A stretch of DNA of 63,894 nucleotides, counting the filler, from Octopus bimaculoides (lineage: Eukaryota), in assembly GCF_001194135.2 (NCBI RefSeq). It is 6 parts of 5 records of this genome, joined end to end, with 100 filler letters (N's around TTAATTAATTAA, not from the genome) between each part and the next. Parts side by side here need not be neighbours in the genome. Positions count along the whole stretch, not along the records: positions 1 to 18,984 come from NC_069007.1; 5 more parts are not named here. One strand, 5' to 3'. The notes beneath the pieces are model-generated. The model was not told where the DNA came from. It saw only the letters and a program-made list of their open reading frames with translations, and ran no database searches. How positions within the stretch are numbered: position 1 is the first letter of the stretch; the number at the start of each line of letters is the position of its first letter. This document shows positions 1 to 13,929 of this stretch, one piece after another. The position numbers and the translations under genes were made by a program.

Positions 1-53
<53 letters not shown>

Positions 54-481
54 GAGAGATTTGTTGGACTATTTGACAGGATATGTGTAACTGCATCTAT
101 GACTAACTGCGTGTGTGTATATGCGTATTTATATGCATCTGTGTATGTATATGCCAGTATATTTCAGTATATATGTATATGCACGTATGTGTGATGTATG
201 CCAATCGCCTGTGTATATGCATTCCCGTATGTATATGCATGTATGTGAGAGTACATATATACATATAATTATTCATGTATATATACTTGCACATGTCAGT
301 ATATGTTCATGCATGCACATAGTTTTATATTCCTTTATGCACACGCATAGGTATTCGTATATGTACATACCCGTAGGTGTGAGTATATGTATATGAATGC
401 GTGTATGCATACGTATGTATGTAAATTTCTATATGCATATGCAAGTGTGTGTGAGTATGTGTATTTGTATACGTATAATTA

Positions 482-564
<83 letters not shown>

Positions 565-720
565 GTATATATACATATATCCTCGTGTTAGAATATGCAT
601 ATGTGTGCGCCTATGTGTATGTATTCCTATATCTATATACGTCTATGAGTAATTATAGGTGTTTGTTTATATATTAGTAATATTTGTATATACATAACTA
701 TTCATGTACATATATATATG

Positions 721-773
<53 letters not shown>

Positions 774-950
774 ATATATAAGTATCTGTGTATTTATATA
801 TGTACATGCATATGTATGTGTACTTTCATATACATACTTTCATATGTATATTCACGCATGCGTGAGCATATGCGTATGTATACGGATATGCAAGTTTACG
901 CAGGCGCGTGTATGCCTATGCATGCTTGACATTGTCAGCAAATTGAGGTC
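1..950. repeat. Compound microsatellite tract: (AG)n/(AGAC)n, then (TA)n/(TG)n/(TATG)n mosaics
   Basis: Directly visible dinucleotide and tetranucleotide runs. The overlapping YI/CV-repeat ORFs are artefacts. Confidence 0.95.
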
Positions 951-1424
951 ATCGGTTTAATGAACTTTGATAGTTTTAAGAGCTGGTTTCAGCTTCGCTC
1001 TACGTCGTTTACTTTACGTAATAGGTGTTGTAATATTGTGGTAGTGGTTATGGTGGTGGGGTAATCAGGGAGGAATAGAGAGGGGGATGAGAAGGAGGAG
1101 GAGAATGAGAAGGAAATGTAGAGAAAGTGGTGAAGAGGAAGGTGGCTGGAAGGAGTGGAAGGTGAGTAAAATAACGTGTTGTATGAAGATGGTGAAAGGC
1201 GTACATCTAGAAATATTAAAGGTGATAGTTAGATTGACAGAGAGAATAGTTACGTGATGGTTAGAAAGACATAGAAATAGAAAGGAAGAGAGGCTGTGAT
1301 AGATAGAAACGTAGAGAGATACATCGTTCGATACATAGATAGATAAATAAATGAATGAATAAATAAATAAATAAATAATAAATACAGGCAGACAGACAGC
1401 CAGAATGATAGATAGATAGATAGA

Positions 1425-1457
<33 letters not shown>

Positions 1458-1531
1458 GCAAACATGCATACATACATGCATACATACATACACTGTTAAA
1501 GAGAGAGACAAACATGCAGACAAGCAGATGG

Positions 1532-1620
<89 letters not shown>

Positions 1621-1691
1621 ATAGAGAGAGAGAGTTAAATAGGGAAAGAACAAAAGGGAGAGTGATACATACATAGATAGACACCCAAACT

Positions 1692-1758
<67 letters not shown>

Positions 1759-1879
1759 CTTAACACGTGTGCGTGTATGATCCAATTTATTGCTCAATTA
1801 TTCTTAACTTTCCATAGAGCGATCTGCTTCGACGCATGTTTACATAAGAATAACTAAAATGTAGCTGAGGTTACATCCA

Positions 1880-2352
1880 GCCAAAGTGAAAACTGTGCTG
1901 ACCTATATAACAAGCAGATTTGTCGTCCGACGTTAGGAGACGGTGCTACGTTTTACTAAATGCGACAGTCTAATGTGTGGTATGGGTCTATATTTAAATG
2001 AAGGCTCAGAGTTCAAATATAACGACGCACAAGTCTTTAATATAAAAGAAAACTTGGCTTGCATCTCCCTAAATTTGATTTATTTAATAACATGTTGTGG
2101 AAGTATCGAAAACTATATTGCACACACTGGGTTATCATTGCGCAAGAGAATGACGCTACATAAACAACAGATCAATAATGAAAAGCCATGAAAGTTCCAT
2201 CAAGTGGGCATATAACAACATATATAAGAATGTTACTACCGAATTTTAAAACATTTCCATCTAACAAATTGCTCACCTTAAAGCATAGAGAACAACGGTT
2301 AGATAAAGCCAGACATGTTATTATGAAATATAAGCCTCTCGTGAACGCTTGA
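1880..2352 (+). mobile_element. Penelope-like retroelement (Neptune-type) GIY-YIG endonuclease fragment, degenerate
   Basis: ORF 1943-2191 reads KCDSLMCG...C.SLNLIYLITCCGSIENYIAHTGLSLRKRMTLHKQQI, matching the LIY-x-C-xx-C-xxx-YIG-x-T...R...H pattern. A second frame continues ...PNFKTFP...KYKPLVNA* to the stop at 2350-2352. Confidence 0.8.
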
Positions 2353-2492
2353 TAAATAACAACTATGAATGACGATATAAAGAACTGGCATACAACGATG
2401 GGCGTTTCAGATACACACACCTGTGCACATGCACGCTTCTTTATATACTGGTTGTGTGTATATATATATATACTAGCAGTAATATCCGTCTG

Positions 2493-2585
2493 GAAGAAGA
2501 AGAAGAAGAAGAAGAAGAAGAAGAAGAAGAAGAAGAAGAAGAAGAAGAAGAAGAAGAAGAAGAAGAAGAAGAAGAAGAAGAAGAA
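2493..2585 (+). repeat. (GAA)n trinucleotide microsatellite
   Basis: About 30 perfect GAA units. Confidence 0.97.
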
Positions 2586-2993
2586 TGCGGGAATGGCATG
2601 ATGTTAAATGGTCAAGTGACCTAAAAGTGGTTCCTTGCGGATTATAGTAGTGATTGCGACTGTTCCTAATGAATTCTTGGGTATTTGTTTTGAATGTATC
2701 ATTTTTAATATTTGCGTGTGTGTTATTGTAAGGTCGTGGTGGATTTATTGTTATTTTTACAACGTCGTCATTTGTTGTAGATGCGTTCAAAAGGGATCTG
2801 TATTTTGTGATAAAGAACGACTGTTTACTAATTCGTTGGCTGCAGGTTGTATCGCGGTAAGGGCGATTTGACGTCTATCTTTAGCATATTAGGATTCCAC
2901 TTTGGTGGTCATTCCTCTTAATTTGTATGTAATATAATTTTTAATCTTCGGATTTTTTAAATATGCTAAGCCACTGGTTTTAAAAGATTAATA

Positions 2994-3203
2994 CAGAGTG
3001 CGGCAGAAATACCTTCCACATTTTAAACTTTCACCTATGCATTGATAATGAACTTATGTATAGCCAATGATGCTTTCATTTCGCTAAGGAACAAAAACTG
3101 CAACCCTTTATTTAAACAAGAGTAAAATTAATTTTTCATAAATGTTGTTTCTTTTTTCTTTTGTCAAACTTTCAAAAGTGGGAGGTATTTCTGCCTCACC
3201 CTG
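2994..3203. mobile_element. Tc1/mariner-type MITE (210 bp) with about 30-bp TIRs and TA target duplication
   Basis: Left TA|CAGAGTGCGGCAGAAATACCTTCCACATTTT; right end reverse-complements to TA|CAGGGTGAGGCAGAAATACCTCCCACTTTT. TA at 2992-2993 and 3204-3205. Confidence 0.85.
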
Positions 3204-4014
3204 TATCAATTTCTACCCTCATTATTCAATTTTATATACGTCTATATATATGTGAGAGCGTGTGTTTGTACGTATGTGTGTGTGTGCTTGTGTGTTTTAT
3301 GTTTTTTGTTAATGGGAGTCAAAGGTATTAGAGTTCGTTTAATGTACTACACAACACATGAGGCAAGTTTGGAGTTATATTTATTTAAATTTTATTTATT
3401 TAAACGTTTGTATTAAAACGCTGTTTCGCGTGAAGAAAAAAGAACAGTAAAGTGTGAAAATTTGACAAAAGCGTACACTCGAAACAGCTGTCGTAAGGTC
3501 ATTAAATTTAACACAGACCTCCACACACTTCTTCACACACACAAGCACACACACATGCACGCATACGCACATATATATACGTATCTATATGATCGTATAC
3601 ATCGATGCCTGTGCATAATTGTATGGGCCTAAGAAGTAGTTTTAAGGAGAAATGGCAGCATTGGTGAAAGATCATTAGATAATTGTATTAGAATATGATG
3701 GCATGTGTGTTCGTACACACACATATATATAGATGTGTATATGTGTGTGCGTGTTTTTGTGCGTGTATATATGTGTTTATGTACTAAGGGTCGCATTAAG
3801 GAGCAGTATTAAGCGTTGGTTTCTGATACAATTATCTTAGAGTAGTGAAAAAGGGGTTGGATGTAATGGGGTTCGGGGTTATTCATGCCAACAGTAATGA
3901 GATTTTTGTTGTCATTAATTCAATTTTAGGCTACAATAAATAGAAGTAGGAGACCTAATGTGCTGCGGAATAGGGTGAGGAGGAGGTTGAAGAAGAAACG
4001 GTGGACGTTGACCG

Positions 4015-4615
4015 TGATGGTGGTGGTGATGGTGGTGGTGGTCGTGGTGGTGCTGCTGGTGGTTTCGTGGAGAGGGTGATTTTGTGGTCTAGTAATTTGG
4101 TGATGATGGTGATTTGGTGTTGATGGTGGTGGCGGTAGATATTGTGTTGTCGGCGGTGCTGGCTAAGGTGGTGGTGGTGGTGGTGGTGGTNNNNNNNNNN
4201 NNNNNNNNNNNNNNNNNNNNNNNNNNNNNNNNNNNNNNNNNNNNNNNNNNNNNNNNNNNNNNNNNNNNNNNNNNNNNNNNNNNNNNNNNNNNNNNNNNNN
4301 NNNNNNNNNNNNNNNNNNNNNNNNNNNNNNNNNNNNNNNNNNNNNNNNNNNNNNNNNNNNNNNNNNNNNNNNNNNNNNNNNNNNNNNNNNNNNNNNNNNN
4401 NNNNNNNNNNNNNNNNNNNNNNNNNNNNNNNNNNNNNNNNNNNNNNNNNNNNNNNNNNNNNNNNNNNNNNNNNNNNNNNNNNNNNNNNNNNNNNNNNNNN
4501 NNNNNNNNNNNNNNNNNNNNNNNNNNNNNNNNNNNNNNNNNNNNNNNNNNNNNNNNNNNNNNNNTGGTGGTGGTGGTGGTGGTTTTCGTCGTCGTCGTCG
4601 TCATGGTCGTGGTGT
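4015..4615. repeat. Degenerate (GGT)n/(GTC)n tract spanning an assembly gap
   Basis: Visible trinucleotide runs on both sides of the Ns. Confidence 0.85.
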
Positions 4616-4899
4616 TGGTAGTGGCGCTGTTAGTGGTGGAGTGTATTTATGGTGAAGACGATCCCTTGTTGATGATGGACGTTTTGTGGCGGCAGTGGTG
4701 ATGAGGAGAATGATAGTGCTTATGGTGGATTGGTGGTGACGGTGGTTTTCGCGCGTGCAGTATGTATGTGCGTGTATCCTTAATCGTGTGTGCATCTGTG
4801 CGTAAATATGTGTGTATATATGTGTTTGTATGTCAATGATTATCTGTGTTTAGTTACAGTTATCTGAGATCGAATTGGCATCGTTAATATTGGTGGTAG

Positions 4900-5150
4900 G
4901 GAAGCAGGTGGCTTAGAGGTTATGGTGTGGACACACGTGATCCAAAGATTGGGATTTCGCTTTCTGGACCGGGTAATACGTTGCGTTCTTGAGCAAAACC
5001 CTTCATCCCACGTAGCTCTCGAGCACTCGGCTGGCAAATATGAGTGATTCTGCCACGGACCGGCTTGCCGCCCTGTGCTGAGGAGTTATATACACCACAG
5101 AACGGTGAAACTGGTCTTAGGTGCCTAATGCTAACGAAGGACCTTTGATC
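4900..5150 (+). mobile_element. tRNA-head SINE, family E, diverged copy 1
   Basis: A-box-like GTGGCTTAGAGG and a degenerate B-box. The body GTTCTTGAGCAAAAC..TTCAT is shared with 5177-5432 and 60345-60580. Confidence 0.65.
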
Positions 5151-5176
5151 TTTTTAGAATCTTTCGTGGCCCTTTT

Positions 5177-5432
5177 GTGGAGGCGTAGCTTCATTGTTAG
5201 GTTGTTGAATATATGATCGTAAGATGAGCGTTTCGATTCTTGGGCCCAGCGATACGTTATGTTCTTGAGCAACACACTTCATTTCACAATATTCCAATCC
5301 ACTCTTCAAACAATAGGGAGTAATCCTGCGATGTACCCGCGTCCGGTCCAGGTGGAGGAGAATATATACACCACACAATCTGGGGAACTTGTCTTATGTG
5401 CCTTCGGTACTGGAAGGGCCCTTTGTTCCTTT
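5177..5432 (+). mobile_element. tRNA-head SINE, family E, diverged copy 2 (tandem with copy 1)
   Basis: ATGATCGTAAGAT..GTTTCGATTC, GTTCTTGAGCAACACACTTCATTTCAC and GAGTAATCCTGCG align with 60345-60580. Confidence 0.7.
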
Positions 5433-6818
5433 TAAAATGTTTACCGACTTTCTAGTGTAGGCTTAGCGTAATGGTGGTGGTTTTGAACTCATGTTGTTGA
5501 ACTCATTGTGGTTTCGATCTCTAAACCGGCGGTGGCNNNNNNNNNNNNNNNNNNNNNNNNNNNNNNNNNNNNNNNNNNNNNNNNNNNNNNNNNNNNNNNN
5601 NNNNNNNNNNNNNNNNNNNNNNNNNNNNNNNNNNNNNNNNNNNNNNNNNNNNNNNNNNNNNNNNNNNNNNNNNNNNNNNNNNNNNNNNNNNNNNNNNNNN
5701 NNNNNNNNNNNNNNNNNNNNNNNNNNNNNNNNNNNNNNNNNNNNNNNNNNNNNNNNNNNNNNNNNNNNNNNNNNNNNNNNNNNNNNNNNNNNNNNNNNNN
5801 NNNNNNNNNNNNNNNNNNNNNNNNNNNNNNNNNNNNNNNNNNNNNNNNNNNNNNNNNNNNNNNNNNNNNNNNNNNNNNNNNNNNNNNNNNNNNNNNNNNN
5901 NNNNNNNNNNNNNNNNNNNNNNNNNNNNNNNNNNNNNNNNNNNNNNNNNNNNNNNNNNNNNNNNNNNNNNNNNNNNNNNNNNNNNNNNNNNNNNNNNNNN
6001 NNNNNNNNNNNNNNNNNNNNNNNNNNNNNNNNNNNNNNNNNNNNNNNNNNNNNNNNNNNNNNNNNNNNNNNNNNNNNNNNNNNNNNNNNNNNNNNNNNNN
6101 NNNNNNNNNNNNNNNNNNNNNNNNNNNNNNNNNNNNNNNNNNNNNNNNNNNNNNNNNNNNNNNNNNNNNNNNNNNNNNNNNNNNNNNNNNNNNNNNNNNN
6201 NNNNNNNNNNNNNNNNNNNNNNNNNNNNNNNNNNNNNNNNNNNNNNNNNNNNNNNNNNNNNNNNNNNNNNNNNNNNNNNNNNNNNNNNNNNNNNNNNNNN
6301 NNNNNNNNNNNNNNNNNNNNNNNNNNNNNNNNNNNNNNNNNNNNNNNNNNNNNNNNNNNNNNNNNNNNNNNNNNNNNNNNNNNNNNNNNNNNNNNNNNNN
6401 NNNNNNNNNNNNNNNNNNNNNNNNNNNNNNNNNNNNNNNNNNNNNNNNNNNNNNNNNNNNNNNNNNNNNNNNNNNNNNNNNNNNNNNNNNNNNATTTATC
6501 TCTGTCTCTCTCCCTCCCGCTCTCCGACTCCCACTCTTCTTCTCTTCCACTTCCTCTTTCACACTCTCTCTCTCTCCCTTCTTTCTCTTCAGCTCTCACT
6601 CTCTCTTTATATTCCATTGTGCCATTATTGGTCTGTGCCTAATATGTTCGAAGTCTGGGAACGTTTCTGAGTATACGTGTGAATGTGTATACTATTATCT
6701 CTCTTCTGATGTCTGTGTTTGTGTATGTTCATATAGGTGTTTATTCATGTATTTGTTTGTCTGTATGTGTGGGTCCATGCGCACGCGCGCGCGCGTGTGT
6801 GTGTGTGTGTCATAACGT

Positions 6819-7020
6819 CTGTGTTTGTTCCCAACACTACTTGACAACCTCTCTGTTGGTGTCTTTACATCCACGTAAACTAGCGGGTCGGCAAAAGAGA
6901 CCGATAGAATAAGTACTAGGTTGAGAAGAAAAAGTCCTAGGCGTCGATTTGTTCGACTAAAACCCTTCAAGGCGATGCTCCAGCATGGTCACACTCATAT
7001 CAGTTAAATAAGTAAAACGA
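6819..7020 (+). mobile_element. SINE family A, 3' half
   Basis: Matches the 3' half of the full copy at 45913-46294 (CGGCAAAAGAGACCGATAGAATAAGTACTAGG...GCTCCAGCATGG). Confidence 0.85.
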
Positions 7021-7941
7021 AAAACGTGCCCAACATACGATAAAGCTTGTTTAATAAGATCGTATGTTAAACACTCCTTCCGACATCAAAATTAAAAGGA
7101 GTTTCGATAAGCTGGCGGTCACCATACACTGCATGCATTGGCAACTAAAATTGCCAAGAATGCGAATAAAAATCCGAAAGGTGGAGAATGAAATAGATTA
7201 ACTCCACAAAACTCTATATATCTCTACATATTTTTATATAACGCAATATATCCCTTAATTCGAGACATCACAACGCGACAGCGCATCGCTATTTCCATCG
7301 AACTTGAAGTTCTTCCCAAGATCGCCCTGTTTTTTTTTCTCTCTTAACAATCTCTTTCTCTCTACCCTCTCTCTCTCTCTCACTTTCTATTCGTGCTACC
7401 TGTTTCTCTTATATATTACCTTCTATTCTTTTCTCTACTTCTCCCCTCCCCTTCTTCCCTCACTCTTCCACTTGACATATAAAATTGATCAATTTTACCT
7501 GTCAACTGTTCAAAACATCTGATGAAATGTTCTGGATAAGTATCATGTAACACATTAATGAGCAAATACCTAATCATACTGTGGATACGTATGTATTATA
7601 ACTTAAGCTACATCTCTTCATGTTCGTGTATTACCTTTTAAACGGCGCAATGATTGTTCTGTTCATTGTTTGATAGACAGTGAATACCACTGGTGTTTTT
7701 TTTTTCTGAAAGCTTTGCTTTATATCAAATACTCACTGGAATGGCATTGATTAAATTACGAGGATAATTTACATCGCCAGTGTCTCACGAACACGCACAC
7801 AAAGAAACACACACAGAAATGTATACATATATATGTGTGTATGTGTGTGTATGTGTGTGTCTGTGTCCTACATTTCAATCCTATAGAAAACCTCACGCAC
7901 CTCCCTTAACAAACTCACGTGTCATTCCATATTCTGACTTG

Positions 7942-7985
<44 letters not shown>

Positions 7986-8701
7986 NNNNNNNNNNNNNNN
8001 NNNNNNNNNNNNNNNNNNNNNNNNNNNNNNNNNNNNNNNNNNNNNNNNNNNNNNNNNNNNNNNNNNNNNNNNNNNNNNNNNNNNNNNNNNNNNNNNNNNN
8101 NNNNNNNNNNNNNNNNNNNNNNNNNNNNNNNNNNNNNNNNNNNNNNNNNNNNNNNNNNNNNNNNNNNNNNNNNNNNNNNNNNNNNNNNNNNNNNNNNNNN
8201 NNNNNNNNNNNNNNNNNNNNNNNNNNNNNNNNNNNNNNNNNNNNNNNNNNNNNNNNNNNNNNNNNNNNNNNNNNNNNNNNNNNNNNNNNNNNNNNNNNNN
8301 NNNNNNNNNNNNNNNNNNNNNNNNNNNNNNNNNNNNNNNNNNNNNNNNNNNNNNNNNNNNNNNNNNNNNNNNNNNNNNNNNNNNNNNNNNNNNNNNNNNN
8401 NNNNNNNNNNNNNNNNNNNNNNNNNNNNNNNNNNNNNNNNNNNNNNNNNNNNNNNNNNNNNNNNNNNNNNNNNNNNNNNNNNNNNNNNNNNNNNNNNNNN
8501 NNNNNNNNNNNNNNNNNNNNNNNNNNNNNNNNNNNNNNNNNNNNNNNNNNNNNNNNNNNNNNNNNNNNNNNNNNNNNNNNNNNNNNNNNNNNNNNNNNNN
8601 NNNNNNNNNNNNNNNNNNNNNNNNNNNNNNNNNNNNNNNNNNNNNNNNNNNNNNNNNNNNNNNNNNNNNNNNNNNNNNNNNNNNNNNNNNNNNNNNNNNN
8701 N

Positions 8702-8733
<32 letters not shown>

Positions 8734-8768
8734 GTACGTATGTATGTATGTTTATATATATTCTTTCT

Positions 8769-8950
8769 TCTTTTATTCTTTTACTTGTTTCCGTCATTTG
8801 AGTGCGGCCATGCTAGACCATCGCCTTTAGTCGAACAAATCTACCCTAAGACTTATTCTTTGTAAGTCTAGTACTTATACTATCGGTTCTCTTTTGCCGA
8901 ACCGCTAAGTTACGGGGACCTAAACAACTGATGGTGAGGGGGAAAACGCA
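8769..8950 (-). mobile_element. SINE family A, 3' half
   Basis: Reverse-complement match to the family A tail (CTTTTACTTGTTTC.GTCATTTG..TGCGGCCATGCT...GCCGAACCGCTAAGTTACGGGGAC). Confidence 0.88.
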
Positions 8951-9126
8951 CATACATACGCACACACAAATGCACACACACACACACACATACACACACA
9001 CATATACCTATGTATATATATATAGATATATACATATATTATATATATACATATATATATGTATCTGTGTATGTATAGCTAGCTAGCTAGCTAGCTAGAT
9101 AGATAGATAGATAGATAGATAGATAC

Positions 9127-9161
<35 letters not shown>

Positions 9162-9831
9162 CACACATTCCCATATCTACGCACAAAGAATTATCTATAG
9201 ACTTATATTCTTGTTGAACGATCCCTCACTCCATCTATCTCTCTCCATACACCAATATCTCTCTCTTTAAATTTCACGCTCTTCTCTGTAAGTCTCTTGT
9301 TCCAATTCCACCAGAGACTCTGGAGAAATACGATAGAAATTCTATGTAAAGAATTAATTGATCCGAGAATGTTATGCCGAAACTAATGTCAGCAAGAACA
9401 CCTGATTTTAATTAAACTTCAACGAAATTCTTTTGTTTATTTTATATTATTCAACAAATGTTTGATGTTGTTGTTCTTGTTCTTGTTTCTTTTCGTCGTC
9501 TTTAAAAATATTTTTTTTATTTTTTTACCATTTAGTTTTGTTTTTTTTCTTTGTATTGTTTGCATTGAGTATATTCAAGTGAAAGCTGTCGTGGAAAGAT
9601 GAGCAGAAAGCGGAGTAGGAGGAGAGGAAAAGCGGAGGAGCAGATGGAGAAGAGGTAAGAAAGGGAGGGGGAAGGAGGAGAAGGTATGTTGTAAGAGGTG
9701 ATGGTAGAGCTGGAGGAGGAGGAATATGAAGGGTTGCAGGAAGAGATATTAATTGACATAATTTCAGTTGGCGCTCATTAGCGTCAGTTGATAGACTGAC
9801 ACACATTCACACATAGAAACATACACACACA

Positions 9832-9869
<38 letters not shown>

Positions 9870-10035
9870 CATATAGACATATCCATACACTCACCAACAT
9901 ATGCACAGGTTCCTATACAATCATACACATACTCAAAGACACACACATATATATATATATATAAATATATAAATATACGTATTCATGTGTATGTATGCGT
10001 ATATGCATATACATGTACTATATAAATATATGTAT

Positions 10036-10069
<34 letters not shown>

Positions 10070-10272
10070 GTATATATACACATACACGCTTGCTCATACG
10101 TACACAGCGGAGCTGGTAATGGAGCATCGCAGCGTATAAATGTGTTTATATACATCATTCACATTCAGTCAAATATTCACGAATACGTATATTAAATTCA
10201 TATACGCATACCTGTAAACAAATACATACACCGAAACACACATATTTTATGTATACGCAGGTATGTATGTAT

Positions 10273-10329
<57 letters not shown>

Positions 10330-10399
10330 NNNNNNNNNNGAGAGAGAGAGACAGACAGAGAGAGAGAGAGACAGACAGAGAGAGAGAGAGAAGTGGTAT

Positions 10400-10833
10400 C
10401 TGTTTCAGTCATTTGTCTGCAGCCATGGTGGAGCACAGCCTTGGACTGTCTTAGTCAAACAAATCCATCCCAGCACTTATGTTTTTCAGTTAAGTACTTA
10501 TTCTACGTTCTCTTTTACCGAAATGGTAAGTTACGAGGTCGTAAACACAAAAACACATAGAAAGTTACACACACACACATACATACACACACATGCATAC
10601 ACACACATACGTATACGCACACATATATGTATATACATACATATAGATATGCATAGACATATATATATATATATATATATACATATATATATTTCTCTCA
10701 GTTTCCGTCTACCAAATCTACTCATAGACTTTTGGTCGGTCCGACACTTCCACAAGGTGCCATGTAATGAGACTGCACCTGAAAGCATGTGGTTGGGAAA
10801 CAGGCTTCTTAACACCCGGCAACGCCTACGCCT
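10400..10833 (-). mobile_element. SINE family A, near full length and diverged, with central (CA)/(TA) microsatellite
   Basis: Tail at 10400-10555, microsatellite at 10565-10690, head (CAGTTTCCGTCTACCAAATC...CATGTGGTTGGGAA...ACGCCT) at 10695-10833. Confidence 0.85.
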
Positions 10834-10984
10834 CTATACGAAAAGTAACCGTAAATATGCTATGTAAGACAAGCCTGTAATAGTCCAGGCTTCACCTGGA
10901 AGAACCCACTTGATGCGACCCTTAGGCGCCAGTCACCAGACAGGCAACGTCGACTAAAATCGTAATGCCACATGTTGCGTGTTT

Positions 10985-11710
10985 GTTTTGCAGTGCTTTT
11001 CCTCTGTTCAGAGATTTTTGCGATGGCGGACACGAAGAAACAGCGGACTTCCTGGTAATTCTGTTTTCTGCCGGGAAAAACGGCGACCGAAACAGCTGTG
11101 ATGCCTCAAACAGCCTACAATAAGGCTGCTAGGAGGAAACCATAAATTTACGAGTGGTTTTCACGTTTTAGGAATGGTCACTTGTCGCTTGATGACCGTC
11201 AATTTCCCGAACAAATGAACATATCATGAAAGTTCATGGAGGATCTTCCCTGAACCTTTGACGAACTTGTTGATATGACTGTTGTGTGCTGTAGATCCTG
11301 CTACGAAATTTGTGGAAGGAATTGCGAGTTGCAGCCAAACTTGTGACTCGCTTGCTTACGGAAGATCAAAAGCAGTCACAACTGAATGCGTCTCATGAAC
11401 TGTAAGAACAACTGGAAGTTAATTCGGCACGTTTCTTCGAAGGTCATCACTGGTGACGCGTGCTAGTGCTAGTGCTACGGCTACGAACCGGAAACGAAGC
11501 GGCAATCAAGTTAAAGGAAGCATTCGATGTCCCCACATCCAAGAAATGTGCTTCAAGTGAAGACCAATGTGATGACGGTGCTGATTTATTTCATCGATGC
11601 AAAAGGAATAGTCCACACGCAATTTCTTCCTCTTCGTCAAACTCATAACCAGGCATTTTTACTTGGCAGTTCTGAAGCGTCTGCGAGACGCGGTTAGACG
11701 AAAACGAAAG
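10985..11710 (+). mobile_element. Decayed mariner transposase
   Basis: From ATG 11023: MADTKKQR..FCFLPGKTATET..QTAYN...IYEWFSRFRNG. Later segments: RVAAKLVTRLLTEDQK, VITGD, YGYEPETKRQSS, DAKGIVHTQFLP. Multiple stops and frameshifts. Confidence 0.85.
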
Positions 11711-11779
11711 CGGTAAAAGCATAAACACGTAAAACTAAATAAAGAAAACAATACTGCAAAATTTGGGTGCCCCCTAGCC

Positions 11780-11811
<32 letters not shown>

Positions 11812-12017
11812 CATACACGTATATGTATGTATATATGTTGCGTTTAAGTGCCAAGAGACCTAGTGTTGGCATAAGCTGCCAGTCATAAGCTAGCTTGCCT
11901 TAGAAGAGAACTTCGCTCAATGTTCATTAATAAGCAATATCCGTATTGATTATTGAGCGAACTTCCAACAATACACATACATAAATACATAACCACACAC
12001 AACGGGCACACGCACGA

Positions 12018-12064
<47 letters not shown>

Positions 12065-12898
12065 TATATATATATATGCATACACACACAAACATATGCA
12101 AGTGCATATTGCAGCACTATCCACGATTCTCAGGCCGAGCGAGCGACGCGATTTCTCTCTTAGCTAAGCACTTTATTTTTACTAACACATTGCTCCAGTT
12201 TATTCAGTTGATAATTGAGTTAGAGCTTAAAGATGTTGCAGCTGTCACATTCCGGAACTTCCGGTGTCTCTTGTCTGGGAACTTTGAGAAGGTGTCTGTC
12301 TGTGTTTTCTTCCGAGAAAATAGAGAACTAAATTTTTAGCGAAATCACAGTACTTGTGAGCCAATTATACTCGCTTGTGAATATGTACGTACACACATGC
12401 ATATACACACACACGAGTATATACATATGCATTTATATATATGTATATATACATACATACACATATATATACATACCTATATATGGATATATATATATAT
12501 ATATATANNNNNNNNNNNNNNNNNNNNNNNNNNNNNNNNNNNNNNNNNNNNNNNNNNNNNNNNNNNNNNNNNNNNNNNNNNNNNNNNNNNNNNNNNNNNN
12601 NNNNNNNNNNNNNNNNNNNNNNNNNNNNNNNNNNNNNNNNNNNNNNNNNNNNNNNNNNNNNNNNNNNNNNNNNNNNNNNNNNNNNNNNNNNNNNNNNNNN
12701 NNNNNNNNNNNNNNNNNNNNNNNNNNNNNNNNNNNNNNNNNNNNNNNNNNNNNNNNNNNNNNNNNNNNNNNNNNNNNNNNNNNNNNNNNNNNNNNNNNNN
12801 NNNNNNNNNNNNNNNNNNNNNNNNNNNNNNNNNNNNNNNNNNNNNNNNNNNNNNNNNNNNNNNNNNNNNNNNNNNNNNNNNNNNNNNNNNNAACATAC

Positions 12899-12935
<37 letters not shown>

Positions 12936-12936
12936 T

Positions 12937-12971
<35 letters not shown>

Positions 12972-12973
<2 letters not shown>

Positions 12974-13125
12974 CGAGGTAGGGTGCTGGAAAGTTCATGG
13001 CTTTGGATAAAAGAAAATACAGGAGGATCAGTTAAGTTTGATTTTATTCACCATATTACCCTCTCAGAATCACACACTTATTGCAGTGGCCCTTCAGTTT
13101 TTCTATTCTTTGTAAAAGATCTGAT
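12972..13125 (+). mobile_element. Mariner-like element terminus (5' TIR fragment)
   Basis: TA|CGAGG..GGTGCTGGAAAGTTC resembles a mariner TIR and follows a (TA)n run. No partner TIR found. Confidence 0.5.
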
Positions 13126-13549
13126 TTAAAAGTATTTGGGTTGTTATTTCTATGAGGTAAATCTTGGCTGGTTCACGCCATCTTGGTTGCCGTTTGTCAG
13201 ATGACGTCAGAGGTCAGGGGGAGATAAATTAATTATTCGAGATGATAACTTTGGGGCAGATTGACTTACAGTTGGAATTCAACTTGGGAATGGCACAATA
13301 GAATCTTTGCTTTACAGAATTAATTCTCATCCGTCCTTAACATCTGATCAAACACCACCGGAGTATATTATCAATGTAGATGTATTATAGTCATGCTCTT
13401 CAGAACCGCTTAGTTTGGGGCCGCTGGCCGAATTAACCCTCCTTTTGAGGAGCTAAAAAGTCTCTAGCTAAAAAGTCTCCAAGGAGTGCGGCTTTTAAGT
13501 TAGTTTGTTATAAATTACACCTTCCAATGTAAGCATGAAATAAGGCGTT

Positions 13550-13752
13550 GTGCTGGCAGAATCGTTAGGACGACCATCAAAATACTCAGCGATATTTCAT
13601 TAGTCTTTACGCTTTGAGTTCAAAGTGGTTTTTGCCTGTCATCCTTTCGGGGTCGATAAAATGATACCAGTTGAAATCTGGAGTGGATGTAATCGACTTA
13701 ACTATTCTTCCGCTCTATTCTTACTAGGCTTGTGCCAAAATTTGGAACAATA
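13550..13752 (+). mobile_element. SINE family B, diverged
   Basis: CTGGCAGAATCGTTAG head, GAGTTCAAA B-box and TCATCCTTTCGGGGTCGATAAAAT core, as in 59115-59345. Confidence 0.8.
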
Positions 13753-13929
13753 TATAAACAGGAAATCTGAAAATTTCGTGTTTTAAACTATTGCATCGCA
13801 AAGAAATGCAACGTGGTCTCGTATTTACTAATGCATTTATATCTTCACTGCATTGTAATATAGAAAACAAACAATTGGAAACACAAGCATCGTGCATAGC
13901 GGGTAAGGAAATATAGTGTAGGTATCAAC

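Noticed and set aside
2625-2900. Possible Penelope RT relic on the minus strand (IPKNSL..)
   Set aside because: Similarity too weak to support without a search.
3415-3500. GAAACAGC(T)GT words resembling the 49345 hammerhead stem III
   Set aside because: No CUGANGA core upstream on either strand.
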